This document shows, in pieces, positions 1 through 14,477 of a stretch of 64,000 bases of DNA (positions are counted from its first letter, which is position 1; the number at the start of each line of letters is the position of its first letter). Below the pieces are notes generated by a model that had not been told where the DNA came from, made no database searches, and saw only the letters and a list, made by a program, of their open reading frames with translations. Source of the stretch: Eledone cirrhosa (taxonomy: Eukaryota). The position numbers and the translations under genes were made by a program. Where the stretch lies: positions 298,468,001 through 298,532,000 of the forward strand of contig OZ024742.1 of NCBI GenBank assembly GCA_964016885.1, given 5' to 3'.

Positions 1-84
1 TGTCTTTATACTAGGTGGCTACCTAATAGGCCTTAATGGTAGCACTATCTCTGGATATAGGTTCAGCCACAACTGTATGATCTA

Positions 85-212
85 GGAGCCTGCTTTGTAG
101 CCATGTATTTGCAGATCACGTCCTTTGTATGCAACCTTGGGAAAGTGGCTTCTACTATAGCCTTGTATTGACCAATGCACTGTGAGGGAAATTTGGCAGA
201 TGTGAACTGCTG
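85..212 (+). mobile_element. Degenerate SINE fragment (octopus OR-like body)
   Basis: Motif ccttgggaaagtggcttctactatagcc...tgtgagggaaatttggcaga; decayed reverse copies near 13430-13590 and 16950-17070. Confidence 0.4.
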
Positions 213-254
213 GGGGGGGCTCATGATATATATATAACCACAAAATACATCCGG

Positions 255-516
255 CCCACACGGTAAAGTGGCCATGTGGGTGTCACAATAAAAAGCACCC
301 AGCCCACACTGTAAAATGGTTGTGTAGGTGTCATAGAAAAAGCACCCCTACTCTGTAAATGTGATTGGCATTAGGAAGGGTATCCAGCCATAATAACCTA
401 GCCAGAATTAGTTCTATATGAGCAAGATATGGTCATCTGACCCAACTTGCCTCTAATGGGACAACCTGTCTAACCCATGCTAGCGTGGAAAATGAATGTT
501 AAACGATGATAATGAT
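255..516 (+). mobile_element. RTE-related non-autonomous 3'UTR/tail fragment
   Basis: ttaggaagggtatccagc motif plus tail tctaacccatgctagcgtggaaaatgaatgttaaacgatgat, matching the RTE 3'UTR at 26570-26832. Confidence 0.7.
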
Positions 517-690
517 GATATATAGATTAAAGAATTATTGGAACTTAAAAAATAACAATGGATTACCACCTGGAATATTATCTCGGAGGACTCATTTATC
601 TGGTAAGCTGCCTCTTCATTAACAGTTGCATAATCACTCCACTGGTTTGATTTTACCAACAAAAAATGAAAATTACCTTATCTTCTTTTT

Positions 691-746
<56 letters not shown>

Positions 747-747
<1 letters not shown>

Positions 748-1040
748 CATCATCTCATTTCATCATCTCATTTTACGTCCACTTTTCCCTGCTTGCAAGG
801 GTGGGACGGGAACTGATTCTGGCTTGATTTCTACAGCTGGATGCCCTTCCTAACACCAACCTCATTTACAGTGAGTGCTGGGTGCTTTTTTGCCGTGGCA
901 CCTCCACGACCACTTTACAGTGGAATGATAGGGACCCCAGTCCCTATCATCTCATTTCTACAGCTGAGTAAACTGGAGCAATGTGAAATAAAGTGCCTTG
1001 CTCAAGGAAACAACACATCACCCGGTCTGAGAATTGAACT
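747..1040 (-). mobile_element. tRNA-derived SINE with RTE-type 3' tail, 5'-truncated
   Basis: Reverse complement of the SINE at 32391-32744, ending in a (gat)n-type tail. Confidence 0.85.
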
Positions 1041-1058
1041 CAGACCGGGTGATGTGTA

Positions 1059-1136
<78 letters not shown>

Positions 1137-3189
1137 TATATGAATGAGTCAGAATGTGTGTGTGTGGGTGTGTGTCTGCATGTCTGTGTCGCTGTTTATT
1201 GTTTGTTTATGTCTCAATAAAAAGAGATTGATAAAATAAGTACTGGTGTTGATAAGATTGACTAAATGTTTTCAAAATGTTGTCCTGGCATGACTACAGT
1301 CTAATGCCTGAAACCAGCAATAAAGTAAAAGAGATAAAATATTGAACTATTAATTCTTGGTTTGTGTGTTGAGATCTTATTGCACGTATTTAATCATAGA
1401 TATTTATCTTTTCAAATTTATAATCATAGTCTTTAAATTGTAATTATATTTTAATTGAAATCAGTTGTTTTAATTGTAATTATAAATGGTTTTATAATAA
1501 ATAAACAATCTAAGTTTTAATTACAGATAGCTTCATTAGAAATGAAAAGTATAGAAATTTTAGCTTGCAATTATAAATTATCTAACCTAGTTTAAGGACA
1601 GGGGTTATAGTTTTGGCTTTGAAGAAGAAAAATTATTATTAGGTTTTACAGTTCTTACATCTATTTCTATAACACCATATGTCAGTTGCAAGGTAGTGCA
1701 TTACCGAGCTCTTGGGTTAGATTAACAACATTTTCAAATTGCCTCCCACCTCACTGCCACACTAAATATTCAAATTGACCCTCTGTGGGGCATGTGACCC
1801 AGGTTGAGAATCATTGCTATAGAGGTTGTTGAAGTTCTTGCAAACGGAAACAATATTTTAGATTTTTTTAAATTCCTATACATTTATGCAAACTATAGTA
1901 TTCTTTTACATAAAGTTTTCATTCACTTGTAATTCATAAGATAATATGGATAGGTAAAATGCAGAGCCTCTGAGAGAAATTTTTTAGAGAAAAAACAAGA
2001 CTATTTTGGGGACTAAGAGGGACTCCTCAAAATTTATTGATATTTTCTATCTTTCCAACAGTAATTTACTACCAGACTAATAGATACATTATTTGTACTA
2101 AAAAGAAAATATTTCAATTGGAGAATTTTCATTATTAGACACTGATTTATCCAGACTACAACACTTTGGTCTTGATTGTTATAGATGCAAATGTTGTGAC
2201 TATAACAATCAGCATGAGGACACTTGTCTGAATAGATATGTGTATGATAAGAATATACTTCCCATAGTATAATAAGCAATTTAAGCAACTACCAGCTGTG
2301 ATGTACAACATTTACTTAGGTATGATTCATAGCAGAATGCATTAAATCATTTAAATTTAAATTAGGTTTATGATAAATCTTAGATTTGGAAAGTAAAACA
2401 AAATATTTTCACATCGCATGTTAGGTTACAAAATTATGGATAGAAATGTAATTATTTTTACATATATGTTTTACAATTATATTTTACTTAGAGTTAAGCA
2501 GGACTTAGCATATCTTTTAATGTTTATGCAAACCTTGAGAGAGGAAGGGGAAAGTTTCCTTAAACTGGGGTCCTGATTCAAATGCCTGCAACAGAATAAA
2601 CTCTGCTAAAGGCACCCAGGGTCAAGTAGTAGCATTAAGTTGGGCAATAGATTAAGTAAGTCACAGCAAGAGATAAACCCAAAACGGAAACTGGCAGAAC
2701 CAATGCTAATACCCTAACAATTATGCCAATCTACTACCCTGGACTGGTTCTTTATTTTATAAACTGCTAAAATAAAAAAGAGACAATGTTGATCTCAATA
2801 GGATTTGAATTCAGAGTACAAAATGAATATTATCATATATTGGGGAAGGGTTATGATCTATAATATGCCCAGTGACAACTTTGGCAATTCTTTGGTCTTA
2901 GCATAAGTCTTTTTACTAGTTTTCCTGAAGAGCTATTTATTGTGATACTTATAGTAACCATTTCTAACATAGGTACAAGGCCAGAAAGCTCTTTTGGAGG
3001 AAAGAGGTAGCTGATTATATAGATCCTTATACTTGACTGGTATTTTAAAACTTAACCTTGGAAGAATAATGGGCAAAGTTGATTTTTGCAAGGTCTGAAG
3101 TCAGAATGTAAACAACTGAAAGAAATATCATGAAAGATCTGATCTAACATGAATAATTCTTCCAATACATCACTCTAACTTTGCATAAA

Positions 3190-3330
3190 TAATAATTGTT
3201 TCTACTTTAGGCACAAGGCCAGCAATTACCCAGTGTATTACTGGTACTTTATTTTATCGACCCCGTAAGGATGAAAGGCAAAGTTAACCTCAGCAGGATT
3301 TGAACTCAGAATGGCAAGGGCCGTAACTCT
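3190..3330 (-). mobile_element. tRNA-derived SINE, second family (gcctttcatccttacggggtcgataaaataaagtaccag core)
   Basis: Matches copies at 14478-14655 and 17230-17620; older neighbouring copies at ~2960-3170 and ~3360-3580. Confidence 0.75.
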
Positions 3331-4300
3331 ATGTGTCAAATAATCCACAAACAATCCACAAATAATAATGGTTTCTAATTTAGGTACAAGGTCAGCAGTT
3401 TCTGGGGAGAGAATTGATTAAATTAAAACCCTGTGCTTCATTGGTAGTTTATTTCATGAATCCTAGAAAGATGCTTGGCAAAGTTGACCTTGGAAGGATT
3501 TGAACTCAGAACAAAAAGAACAGGAAAAATGCCACAAGACATTTAGTCTGATGCTTTAATGATTCTTCTGCCAATCCACCACCCTACTTTGCATATATAA
3601 TAATGCAAATAAGAAACATTTATGATGTAGTTGTTTATAGAAATACAACTACAACTATAGTTCTTTTCATTATGGATTTTCTGAACATAATGTGGCTTCT
3701 TTATTTGTGCATATTCAATCGCTCTATTATTTATTTTGGTAGCAATATATTGTGATGGAAAAATGCTCTATTATTTACAAATAACTACTTTGCAAATTTT
3801 GATTTCAATAGTCTTTCTCCTTGACCCACACTGGATCAATATATCTCTCTTAATAAACAAACTAGGAAACAAGAAACGATAAGAAAATATGTTAATCTAA
3901 GCTGTTGTTAATGTTTCATTGAAAAGGATGGAAGCCAAGTTTAAATTTGGAATTGTCTTTCTCTACAGGTTCATTCAAGTTTGCAAGATTACATTTTTAT
4001 CTTCCACTCTCTATTGTCTGTAATCATGCTGCTGTTGCTGCAGATGAAGTGCAACAATGATTCAATGATTAGGTTATCTAATCCTTAAATATATACTGCT
4101 TCTATGATAAAGTATTACACACATTTATAAATATATTATATAATATCAAGGTTTGGATTGTTGTTTCATTAAAAAATTATTTATGTTCCCGAACTATAGA
4201 AATTTTATACATACATAACACACACACATACATACATACAGATATACACTCACACAAACATATATACACATAAATATGTATGTGTATATTCTTATCTATG

Positions 4301-4341
<41 letters not shown>

Positions 4342-4345
4342 ATGC

Positions 4346-4392
<47 letters not shown>

Positions 4393-4396
4393 CATG

Positions 4397-4428
<32 letters not shown>

Positions 4429-4432
4429 CATG

Positions 4433-4527
<95 letters not shown>

Positions 4528-6944
4528 GTCACATATATACACACTGCTATTTAAAAATTGTTGGTGGACACTAAACAGTTTAGAACATCACCTTAATTAT
4601 GCCAGTTATACGGATTAGGTCGTTGGTGGCTTTCATTTTACCTCTGACCTGGGATACTTACCAATTATGGGAGAGGGACAAGAGTTTACATCTGGCTAGA
4701 GCCTATTACCAGCTATGCATAGGCCTACATCTAACGTCTGGTCCAGGCCAATTACCAGCTTTGGCAACCAATCTTTTTCATCTGGCCTGAGCTTATCAGT
4801 TTCCACCCTACTATATAGATTGTTTTTTTTTTTTGTTTGTTTCTCTAAAATTATTTAAGGAGAGAGTTACAAACATTTCATTGAAGTTCCATAATTAAAA
4901 CAGAGACCACCTGAAATAATAAAATATTGATAAGTAGCTTATCAATATTTTAGATTTATGACTGACTTTGTGAAAATTGTCCTGTCATTGCTGCTGGTGG
5001 TGGCAGTGGTAGTGGTGTGTGTGGGTGTATATATATATATGTTATGTGTTGTCTTGTTAAATTCCTTGTAGTAGAGACCACCTCAAAATAACATCTATTG
5101 TTGTCTGATCAAATGCATGTATGCATTGATGTTCTCTCTCCTTCACTAACCCATCTCTCTCACTCTCCCCATTTCTCACTATTATATGCAAATGGGAGCC
5201 CATATGCTGTCCCGGTGGATAGAATAGAGAAAGTGTTTCCCTGGAGGATGGTGAAGGAAATGCCTCGGAAGAGCCATTCCGGGTTGGAAGCCTCACACCT
5301 TTGGGTAGCCAACTATGTGTTGATAGTGGTGAGTAATGAGGTGGTAGTAGGGCCAAGGACATCAGAAGTCTCCACTAGTATGAATGGATGCTGCATATGA
5401 GCATATTTTGGTAGATCAGGAGAAAATGTTAAAGCATTAGAAGAGATGATTTGTGGTATTTGATATGGTTCTGTACATTCTGAGTTCAAATCTTGCCCCC
5501 TCCTGTCAGGAATTCTAACCAGCAGGCAGAACCAAATTATGACTCACTGCAGTGAAAGACTGTTATTAGAAAATGTTATGAAGTGAAAACTTTCTCAATA
5601 TTTATCTCTCCAAGGGATTGGATAAAACATGATAATGACCTAGGTCATCTTCACCTTCATTCCCAAACCATTGAAGGAATCAATATAATAAATTAATGAA
5701 CTGGATTATCGATATTAAACAGAGCAAACAGAAATTCACAGCTGAAAATGTGTCCATTCAACTATAAAAATGACAGTAATATTTAGAACTTAAATCATTA
5801 TTGTTTGTATGTTAAAATAATTAATTAGAAACAACTATAATTTTTGATTGTTATTTCTCAACTTGAATTCAATCATTAGTTGTGTATGTGTGTTTAAAAA
5901 TGCATATTTACTAATAGAGTGATTCCATGCGTGTAAGTCTATGTTTCATGTATTTTGGTATTTAAGTTTTATTGGATCAATAGCTATTTCATCATCTAAT
6001 GTTTGATTACCCTGCTAGAAAGTGTTGGACAGGTAATGACAGACCAAGTCAAAACTTAAGCAGAACTATTGACATCTCAGATGGGCCAGGAGGGTCCATC
6101 TCACCATACATTCCTGCACTTTACAAAGTCCACCAAATGCATTCTATGATGACACCATCACTGATGGGTCAGGGGCCTGCATCTAACTTACATACATTCT
6201 TGAACTCTTCTAAATACATTTCATCATGGAAAAGCTAATGTAAAATTGATGATGATGATTTCCTAATATATGGCGTAAGCACATGTTACTACCTAATTAT
6301 ATATATATTTAATTCATTTGTGGTAAATAAGCAATGTCTGTCTAAAATAGAAGCTTACATGAAAGTGTATACAATATTTTTATGTATAATAAACATATAT
6401 AAGTCTGACTATGGTTGTTTTAAGTTGAGGTTGTGTCATAACTACCTCAGTAACTGTGTGAGAATACCAAACATTTCAGGATCTTAAGCTGATCACAGAT
6501 TAAACTATCCACAGAGAGATTTATACCTAAACATATTGCATATGCTTCCAAATACACCTCTATTCTGAATAACCTTGTGTTAGTGCCACAACTACACAAT
6601 ATCTGTTTATTTGTGTGACATATTCCTACAGATAAATAATAATTAATGTTCTTTCTTTACACTGGTAAGTGTAATCTCGGAAATAGTTTACCAGCTGAAC
6701 AGAAGATAAATGACATTTATGATATTTAACAGAGAAAAGAAAGAAAGACAAAGACAATTTGAAAAGTTTGTATTCTGAAGAATTAATAAATTACTTATAG
6801 AGAGTGAGAGACCTACAGGTGTTGAAACTAATAGTGATAACAGCAACAAATACAGAAAAAACTTGTTTAATATGTTTATAATATGTATAAACTCAGAGAC
6901 ACACACATTGCTACAATACTTTCTATACCTTTCATTTATATATT

Positions 6945-7001
<57 letters not shown>

Positions 7002-7129
7002 TTTTAAATGTGTTTTGTAGGTGATTAATTGTATTTTGATGTTGGATGGGTTTTATGAGCATAAGATTATATACATACACACACACACTCACACATATAT
7101 ATATATATACATACATATAAAAAATAAAT

Positions 7130-7600
7130 TGGAATTGATTTCTACAGCTGGATGCCTTTCCTAACACCAACCTCATTTACAGTGAGTGCTGGGTGCTTTT
7201 TTTCAGTGGTGCCTACACGTCCATTTTACAGTGTGGGCTGGGTGCTTTTTTAGGGTGGCACCTCCACCAGTGGGAGGGTGTGGGGGCATATTGTCTATAT
7301 GCTTCAGCTTCGGCTTGTACCCGTGGGGGGTCGGGTCTTCTGTATTACTGTGACGCCAGAGGTCACGGTCCTGTGTCATCACCTTTGACAGGTGTAATTG
7401 GGTAAGGTCGGCTTTTATTACCGCATCCCAGGTCTTCTTGGGTCTCCCCACTCCACAGTTTCCATCGACTTCTAGTGCTCTGCACCTTTTTATGCAGCTG
7501 TCATCCTTCATACGCATCACATGTCCATACCAACGCAACCGCCTCTCCTGCACACAGCATTTGATTCCTCTTATGCTCAGTCTCTCTCTCAATTCATTTT
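7130..7600 (-). mobile_element. RTE-clade LINE 3' fragment
   Basis: [29 protein letters not shown]...[15 protein letters not shown] (RTE C-terminus) plus 3'UTR. Confidence 0.9.
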
Positions 7601-7613
7601 TGCTTATATATAC

Positions 7614-7785
<172 letters not shown>

Positions 7786-7839
7786 GATATATATATATAT
7801 ATACATATATACATATATATATATATATAGATATATATA

Positions 7840-7893
<54 letters not shown>

Positions 7894-7894
7894 C

Positions 7895-7932
<38 letters not shown>

Positions 7933-7935
7933 GAA

Positions 7936-8436
7936 ATATGAAATATAAGAATCAAAGAACTGTTCAAAACATTATTGTGCTTACAGCTGTTTCCTCCAAA
8001 CCGAGGTTTGGATTCTTCGGAGCAATTTATTAATGCATGGACAGTTATATGACCTCCTTTTCAGCCGAGAGACATACCAATGAATGTTGACCCACAATGT
8101 TTGAATATGTATCAATGTTTGAATATGTATTGGTATGTCTCTCGGCTGAAAAGGAGGTCATATAACTGTCCATGCATTAATAAATTGCTCCGAAGAATCC
8201 AAACCTCGGTTTGGAGGAAACAGCTGTAAGCACAATAATGTTTTGAACAGTTCTTTGATTCTTATATTTCATATAACTGCTCTGTAAATCATCTGATGTT
8301 TTTACATTGAGCTACTTAACTTACTGGTAATAAGGTAGTAATACATTACTGCCTACCACTATTTAGGGTGTGTGTAAAATACTTACAACTGCTTAAGGTT
8401 TTGTGTTTACATAACCATAAATAGTATAACTAATAC
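7936..8436 (+). mobile_element. Non-coding Penelope-like fold-back module (inverted pLTR) between TA tracts
   Basis: 146-bp inverted arms 7936-8081 / 8129-8274, each with a hammerhead motif; extra 3' tail on the right arm only. Confidence 0.8.
8186..8232 (+). ncRNA. Type I hammerhead ribozyme motif, CCGAAGA core (reverse copy 7978-8024)
   Basis: tgct-CCGAAGA-atccaaacctcggtttggag-GAAACAGCTGTA-agca: stem I tgct/agca, stem II tccaaacc/ggtttgga, palindromic stem III acagctgt, GUA site. Confidence 0.75.
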
Positions 8437-8481
8437 TATATATACATATACATATATATATATATACATATACATATATAC

Positions 8482-8682
<201 letters not shown>

Positions 8683-8689
8683 CATATAC

Positions 8690-8739
<50 letters not shown>

Positions 8740-8765
8740 ATATACATATATATAGTTATATATAT

Positions 8766-9045
8766 ATATTGTTATACTTTGGGAGGGTCATGTTGCCAAT
8801 AAGAAACACACGCACCAGTTGCTTTCACTTCAATTTATTATATATTTATAAATTTATAAATTTACAAATTTACAAATTTACAAACCCATAAATTTCTGGT
8901 TGGTTGGTTGGTTCCACAACCAGATAGTTGTTTATATATATATAGTCATAGTCCTTTCGTCACACACTCTGTGACCTCTTCAGTATAACAATATCGGTTT
9001 CAACACACGATTTTAGATAAAGAATCTTGCTAAACAAATTCAGAA
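8766..9045 (-). mobile_element. Short PLE-derived module related to the 56686-57707 element, with degenerate HHR-like core
   Basis: Shares ttgttatactt(t/g)gg(g)agggtcat and tataacaatat...acacacgattt termini with 56686-57707; minus strand ctgaaga-ggtcaca..tgtgac-gaaag at 8944-8987. Confidence 0.55.
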
Positions 9046-9106
9046 ACGAAATATATATATATAGTTATATATATATACATATATATATATACATATATAT
9101 ATATAT

Positions 9107-10611
9107 AAATGAGGAGAATAAATGGGAGAAAGACAGTCTCCCCCACATCGACCCAATAGAGGGACCAGCAGTGTTAGTCGAGGGTAGTATAATAAGTAAG
9201 GCAATCAAGGATATGAAGACGGGTAAGGCGGCTGGGCCTTCGGAAATAGGTGCTGAGATGCTGAAGGCATCTGGCACGGTGGGACACACCATGGTCACCC
9301 GGATAGTTAACCAAGTCGTACAGAATGGGGTTGTTCCGAAGGACTGGCATAGCAGCATCATCGTTAACTGTTATAAGGGTAAAGGAGATGCCCTAGATAG
9401 GAGTAACTATAGAGGCATTAAATTAACCGACCAGGTCATGAAGGTCACGGAAAAAGTAATAGCGCAACTAATCAGAGAGAGAATTGACCTAGATGAAATG
9501 CAGTTCGGGTTTGTGTCAGGCAAAAGTACCACAGACGCTCTTTTCATTGTACGACAACTACAGGAGAAGTACCTAGCTAAAGGTAAACCCCTCTACTTAT
9601 CTTTTGTCGACTTGGAGAAAGCCTTCGACAGAGTCCCCCGTTCCATTATCTGGTGGGCCCTTAGAAAACTAGGCATCGACGAATGGCTTGTGAGAGCTAT
9701 ACAAGCCATGTATAAAGAAACAGTCAGCAAAGAATTAACAACGAATATAGTGAAGAGTTTAGCGTAAAAGTTGGCGTCCATCAGGGCTCTGTTCTCAGCC
9801 CCCTACTATTTATTATTGCCCTTCAGGCTATAACAGAGGAGTTCAAGACCGGCTGCCCATGGGAACTCCTATACGTAGACGACCTAACACTCATAGCTGA
9901 ATCAATGGCCGAGCTAGAGAAGAAATTCCAAACATGGAAACACGGCCTAGAATCAAAAGGCCTTAAAATTAACCTGGCTAAGACTAAAGTTCTAGTTTGT
10001 AGGAAAGAAAATAAGGCGGCGGTCCCTTCCGGGAAATGGCCATGCTCAGTGTGTAGGAAAGGCGTAGGTAGAAACTCCATTTTATGTCCCAAATGCAAAG
10101 TATGGGTGCATAAAAGATGTAGTGGGATCACAGGTAAGCTAACTAAGAACATAGATTTTACATGTGGCCGGTGCTCTGGTGCAATAAGTAGCAGCAAGTG
10201 CCCACAAAATACTAGCTCTTTCAACTGCGCAGAGGGTTCTATAGAAATAGTGGACAGCTTCCGTTACCTGGGTGACAAAATCAGCAGTGGGGGAGGGTGC
10301 TCTGAAAGTACAGTAGCTAGAGTCAGAACTGGATGGAAAAAGTTCAGAGAGCTTATACCACTATTAGCCGCTAAAGGGTTCTCCCTAAAAATGAAAGGCA
10401 GGTTGTATGATGCCTGCATACGAACAGCAATGTTGCATGGCAGTGAGACCTGGGCATTGTGTGCAGAGGATATACGCAGACTAGAGAGGAACGAAGCTTG
10501 CATGCTCCGCTGGATGTGTAATAGTAATATACGTGAACGGCAAAGCATAAACGAACTAAGGAAAAAATTAGAAATAAGAGGGATCAGATGTTGTTTACTC
10601 GAGAGAAGGCT
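9107..10611 (+). pseudogene. RTE-clade LINE RT (family 1), frameshifted, with PHD insertion; truncated at both ends
   Basis: NYRGIKL, QFGFVSGKSTTDA, FVDLEKAFDRVPR, GVHQGSVLSP, YVDD; frameshift near 9730. Confidence 0.92.
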
Positions 10612-11079
10612 TACTTTTAGCTAGGTACTTCTCCTGTAGTTGTTGTACAATGAAAAGAGCGTCTGTGGTACTTTTGCCTGACACAAACCCGAACTGCATT
10701 TCGTCTAGATCAATTCTCTCTCTCATTAGTTGCGCTATTACTTTTTCCGTGACCTTCATGACCTGGTCGATTAATTTAATGCCTCTATAGCTACTCCTAT
10801 CTAGGGCATCTCCTTTACCCTTGTAACAGTTAATGATGATGCTGCTATGCCAGTCCTTCGGAATGGCCCCATTCTGTATGACTTGGTTTACTATCCGGGT
10901 GACCATGGTGTGTCCCACCGTTCCAGAGGCTTTCAGCATCTCAGCAACTATTTCCGAAGGCCCAGCCGCCTTACCCGTCTTCATATCTTTGACTAACACT
11001 GCTGGTCCCTCTATTGGGTCGATGTGGGGGAGACTGTCTTTCTCCCATTTATTCTCCTCATTTAGTAGCTTTTCGCAGT
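10612..11079 (-). pseudogene. RTE family 1 RT fragment inverted against the preceding copy
   Basis: ORF 10595..10999 is near-identical to the 9107-9585 translation. Confidence 0.9.
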
Positions 11080-14000
11080 GACACTTCCAAGCTACCTTCT
11101 TATCAACGTCAGTGATGGCAAGTACGCCATCATCATTAAGTACACACTTCTTCCCGATATATATTTATATATACACATGCATTTAAACATACACATGCAC
11201 GCACACACACACACACATATATATATATTATATAATTTATATATATGTGTGTGTGTCTGTGTGTGTGTGTGTGTGAATAGCTCAAGATTAAAAGAAGACA
11301 AAGATAAAGGGGAATTAAGCAAAGTACTATTAGTTTAATGCTTGTGAGAGAAAGAAATAGAATGTCTCTCTATACTGGATGTTCGTCTTTCATTGGGAAA
11401 GAGTGGAGTTAGAAGTAAGATAAGGTTGAAAGAGAATAAAAAAGGAAAATAAGAAAAGCAGTGAAAAGGGAGAGGATTAATGGGAGGGATTAAGCAGGAA
11501 GGCTTATTTATATATATAAAGCTGTATATAGTTGATGTACGGGAGAATACCAAAGTAGAGTTTGAATATTCATTTATTATGGCTAAGTATTGAGTCTTGT
11601 TACCCTGGAGACATTTGCCTGATGATCCTGAGTGTGCAGGCGAAGCCCCAGAGTAGTAAGACACATGCCCTACCACTCTCTCTCTAAAAGTGGCACTCAG
11701 TAACATGGAATAGTTTCCAAGGAAGAATATATCATTTGGACTGTTTATATATTAAAATCATGTGTGTGTTTCTACGTGTTTGGGAGAAAAATACTAAATG
11801 CATATTGTGGTGTATAACATAATTTTTCATTCCACCAAACACTTTATAAATTGTGCTGGGTGTATTTAATATATAGTCTTCTTACATTAAGGTGGCAAAT
11901 TGGCATAGTCGTTTAGATGTCGGGTATAATGCTTTATGGTATTCATCCCATCTCATTATGCTCTCTGTGTTCAAATCCTGCCGTGGTCAACTTTGTCTTT
12001 CATCCTTTTGAGATCGATGAAAAAAGTACCAGACATGTACTAGGGTCAATTCTTCCTCTATAGAAAAAATCAGCTGTGTTCAGACCTGGAGAGGGTTGGG
12101 CTCTGCAAGGTTTAAAAGTGCCCAAGACACACCATATGATGGTGAAACTACAACTCCACAAGGATTTATGGGATCTTTATCCTTATTCTTGTTACATTAC
12201 ATATATCATGCAGTAACTATCAAGTGAGAAAATATATAAATAATACAATTCAAATAAGTGATTACACAATGTCAATATAATCTCATTAAAATTCTTTCTA
12301 TGTTCTGACAAATTAAGTTTTAAGAGATTTAATTTTAAAAATTAAGATATATCAGTTTATATTATACATATTTTAGTTTAAATTTTCTTTAATTTACTAA
12401 TGGCACAGATGTTTTTCATAGATCTTAGCAAAAATCTGATTTAGTTCTAGAAGAATTTAGTTCTAGAAGAATCAACAAATGTAATTAATTACCTTCTAAT
12501 GTTGAAAATAATTATTATGATATGATGTTTATCAATGTTTTTACAATTTCACATAAATATGTTGATTCTGTGCACTCGCAATATTTAATTACTTATTACA
12601 ATATTGTTCCTAATTAATGGGCTAATGGTTTTATTTTGAAAGAAAATTCATTGAGAAACTTTTAGTTGTCTGAAGCATTTATGTCTTTTATAACAATAAA
12701 TTATATCTACATCTTGTGCCAACCTTTTCAGGTACCTGATGAAATATATATATTTTATGTATAGGATATAGATTTATCAAAGCTAATTATTTTAGTTTTG
12801 AAAGGGATTTATATACTTTTATTATGGAATAGTTTAGAAACTCTTATTTATTGCTGTGTGCATTGAAATTTCAAAAGGACTTGTATTGCTTAAAAAAAAA
12901 TTTCAATAGCATTTGCTCTTCAGAAAACTTTTTTTAAATTCATAATTAGATAACTGTTTAATATACATAAACTGTCAAACTCATTTTTATTTTCTCTCAA
13001 AAGTTTGGCTGCATAAATTACTAACTTGTAACAAGTTAATTAAATGAGCTTAAATTTTTACATCATTTAATGGTAAATGACTTCATTGCTACCAGATTAT
13101 GCATTTCCCAGCATATGCTGCAAAAGCAGTTGCCTGATTTGTCTAACTTCATAATGTGACAGCCTGTCTAACCCATGCAAGCATGAAAAATAGGCATTAA
13201 ACAGTGATGATGATGATGATGATGATATATTTAGAGATACTGATTATGGATCCTCCATTATGATCTATGATGAACATTCAGTTGTTTGATCCACAGAGTA
13301 TCCAGCTTGTGAACAAATACCTAAGTGGATGAGTATTCCACAAACATGTATACTCTTAATGTATTTCCAAGTTGAATCAGGGGAATACTGTGTGACAAGG
13401 CTGGACATTTTAATTAAAAATACAGTTTATCTGATGGGTTTCCCTTAAGTTTTCATGTACCCAGTTACAATCTCATAGCATCAGGTGACCTGAGGCTATA
13501 GTATGGACACTTTTCCATGATGCCACAGAGTGAGATGAAATTCAGGACCTCATGATTGTGGAGCAAACTTCTTAGCAACTCAGCCATGTCTGAATACTCA
13601 ACTATCTTCATTTCACAAGAAGCCTATGTTAACATCCTAATTAGTTTTCAGAAGATTAATGTTTTTACCATTAGGGCTGGATATGTAAATATGTTAGTGT
13701 TGCTGGGTGTATCCGGTTTATAAAATGTACATCATATCCCTGCATGTTATAAGAAGTGATTAAATGGGTTGGTACCAGGACAGGTCCTCAACCATAAAGC
13801 ATTTCTTCAAATAGGACTCCTTGATGAGTATAAAACCTATCATGCGGCCTGCATGACTGACCCCTAATTTAACAGAGGGATTTGTCTTAAAATGCTTGGT
13901 GTGTTGTATATAAATATGTTAGTGACAATGTAAAATATGTATGTTAATGACAAGTAGAAATAGGCCCCTGGCATTTCAAAGTAATTAGATTCTTCTTCAC

Positions 14001-14477
14001 CTTATCATAAAGGAACATATTAATGAAACTGCTTTTGAATTTGAATCTTTATAACTGTGCCAAATGAAGTTGTCATTTGCTGATAGAGACATTATCATCA
14101 TCACCATTTAACGACCATTTTCCATGCTTGCATGGGTTAGACGGGTCCTTCATGTCTTGAGACAGGTCTGGCCAGATTGGCCGCACTGTACCTTGCAAAC
14201 ATGGAACTGTAAATTTGGCTGCGATTTTTACAGCTGGATGCCCTTCCTAACAATCACATTTACAGTAAAATATGAATATCTGTGTGAGTTTGTATATACA
14301 TATGCATGTGTGTATTTATATTTATATTTGGTGCATTCAACAAAATGCTTTTCCGTATTTAGTTAACTTTACCTTCCATCCTCTCCAATGTCAGTAATGT
14401 ATAATACCATTGAATATAAATGAATTTCCCTTCCCTTAAAATGCTGTCCTTGTACCTAAATTAGAAACTATTATTTA

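Noticed and set aside
3969-4072. Host exon after a tctctacag acceptor
   Set aside because: Weak donor, no recognisable protein and no partner exons
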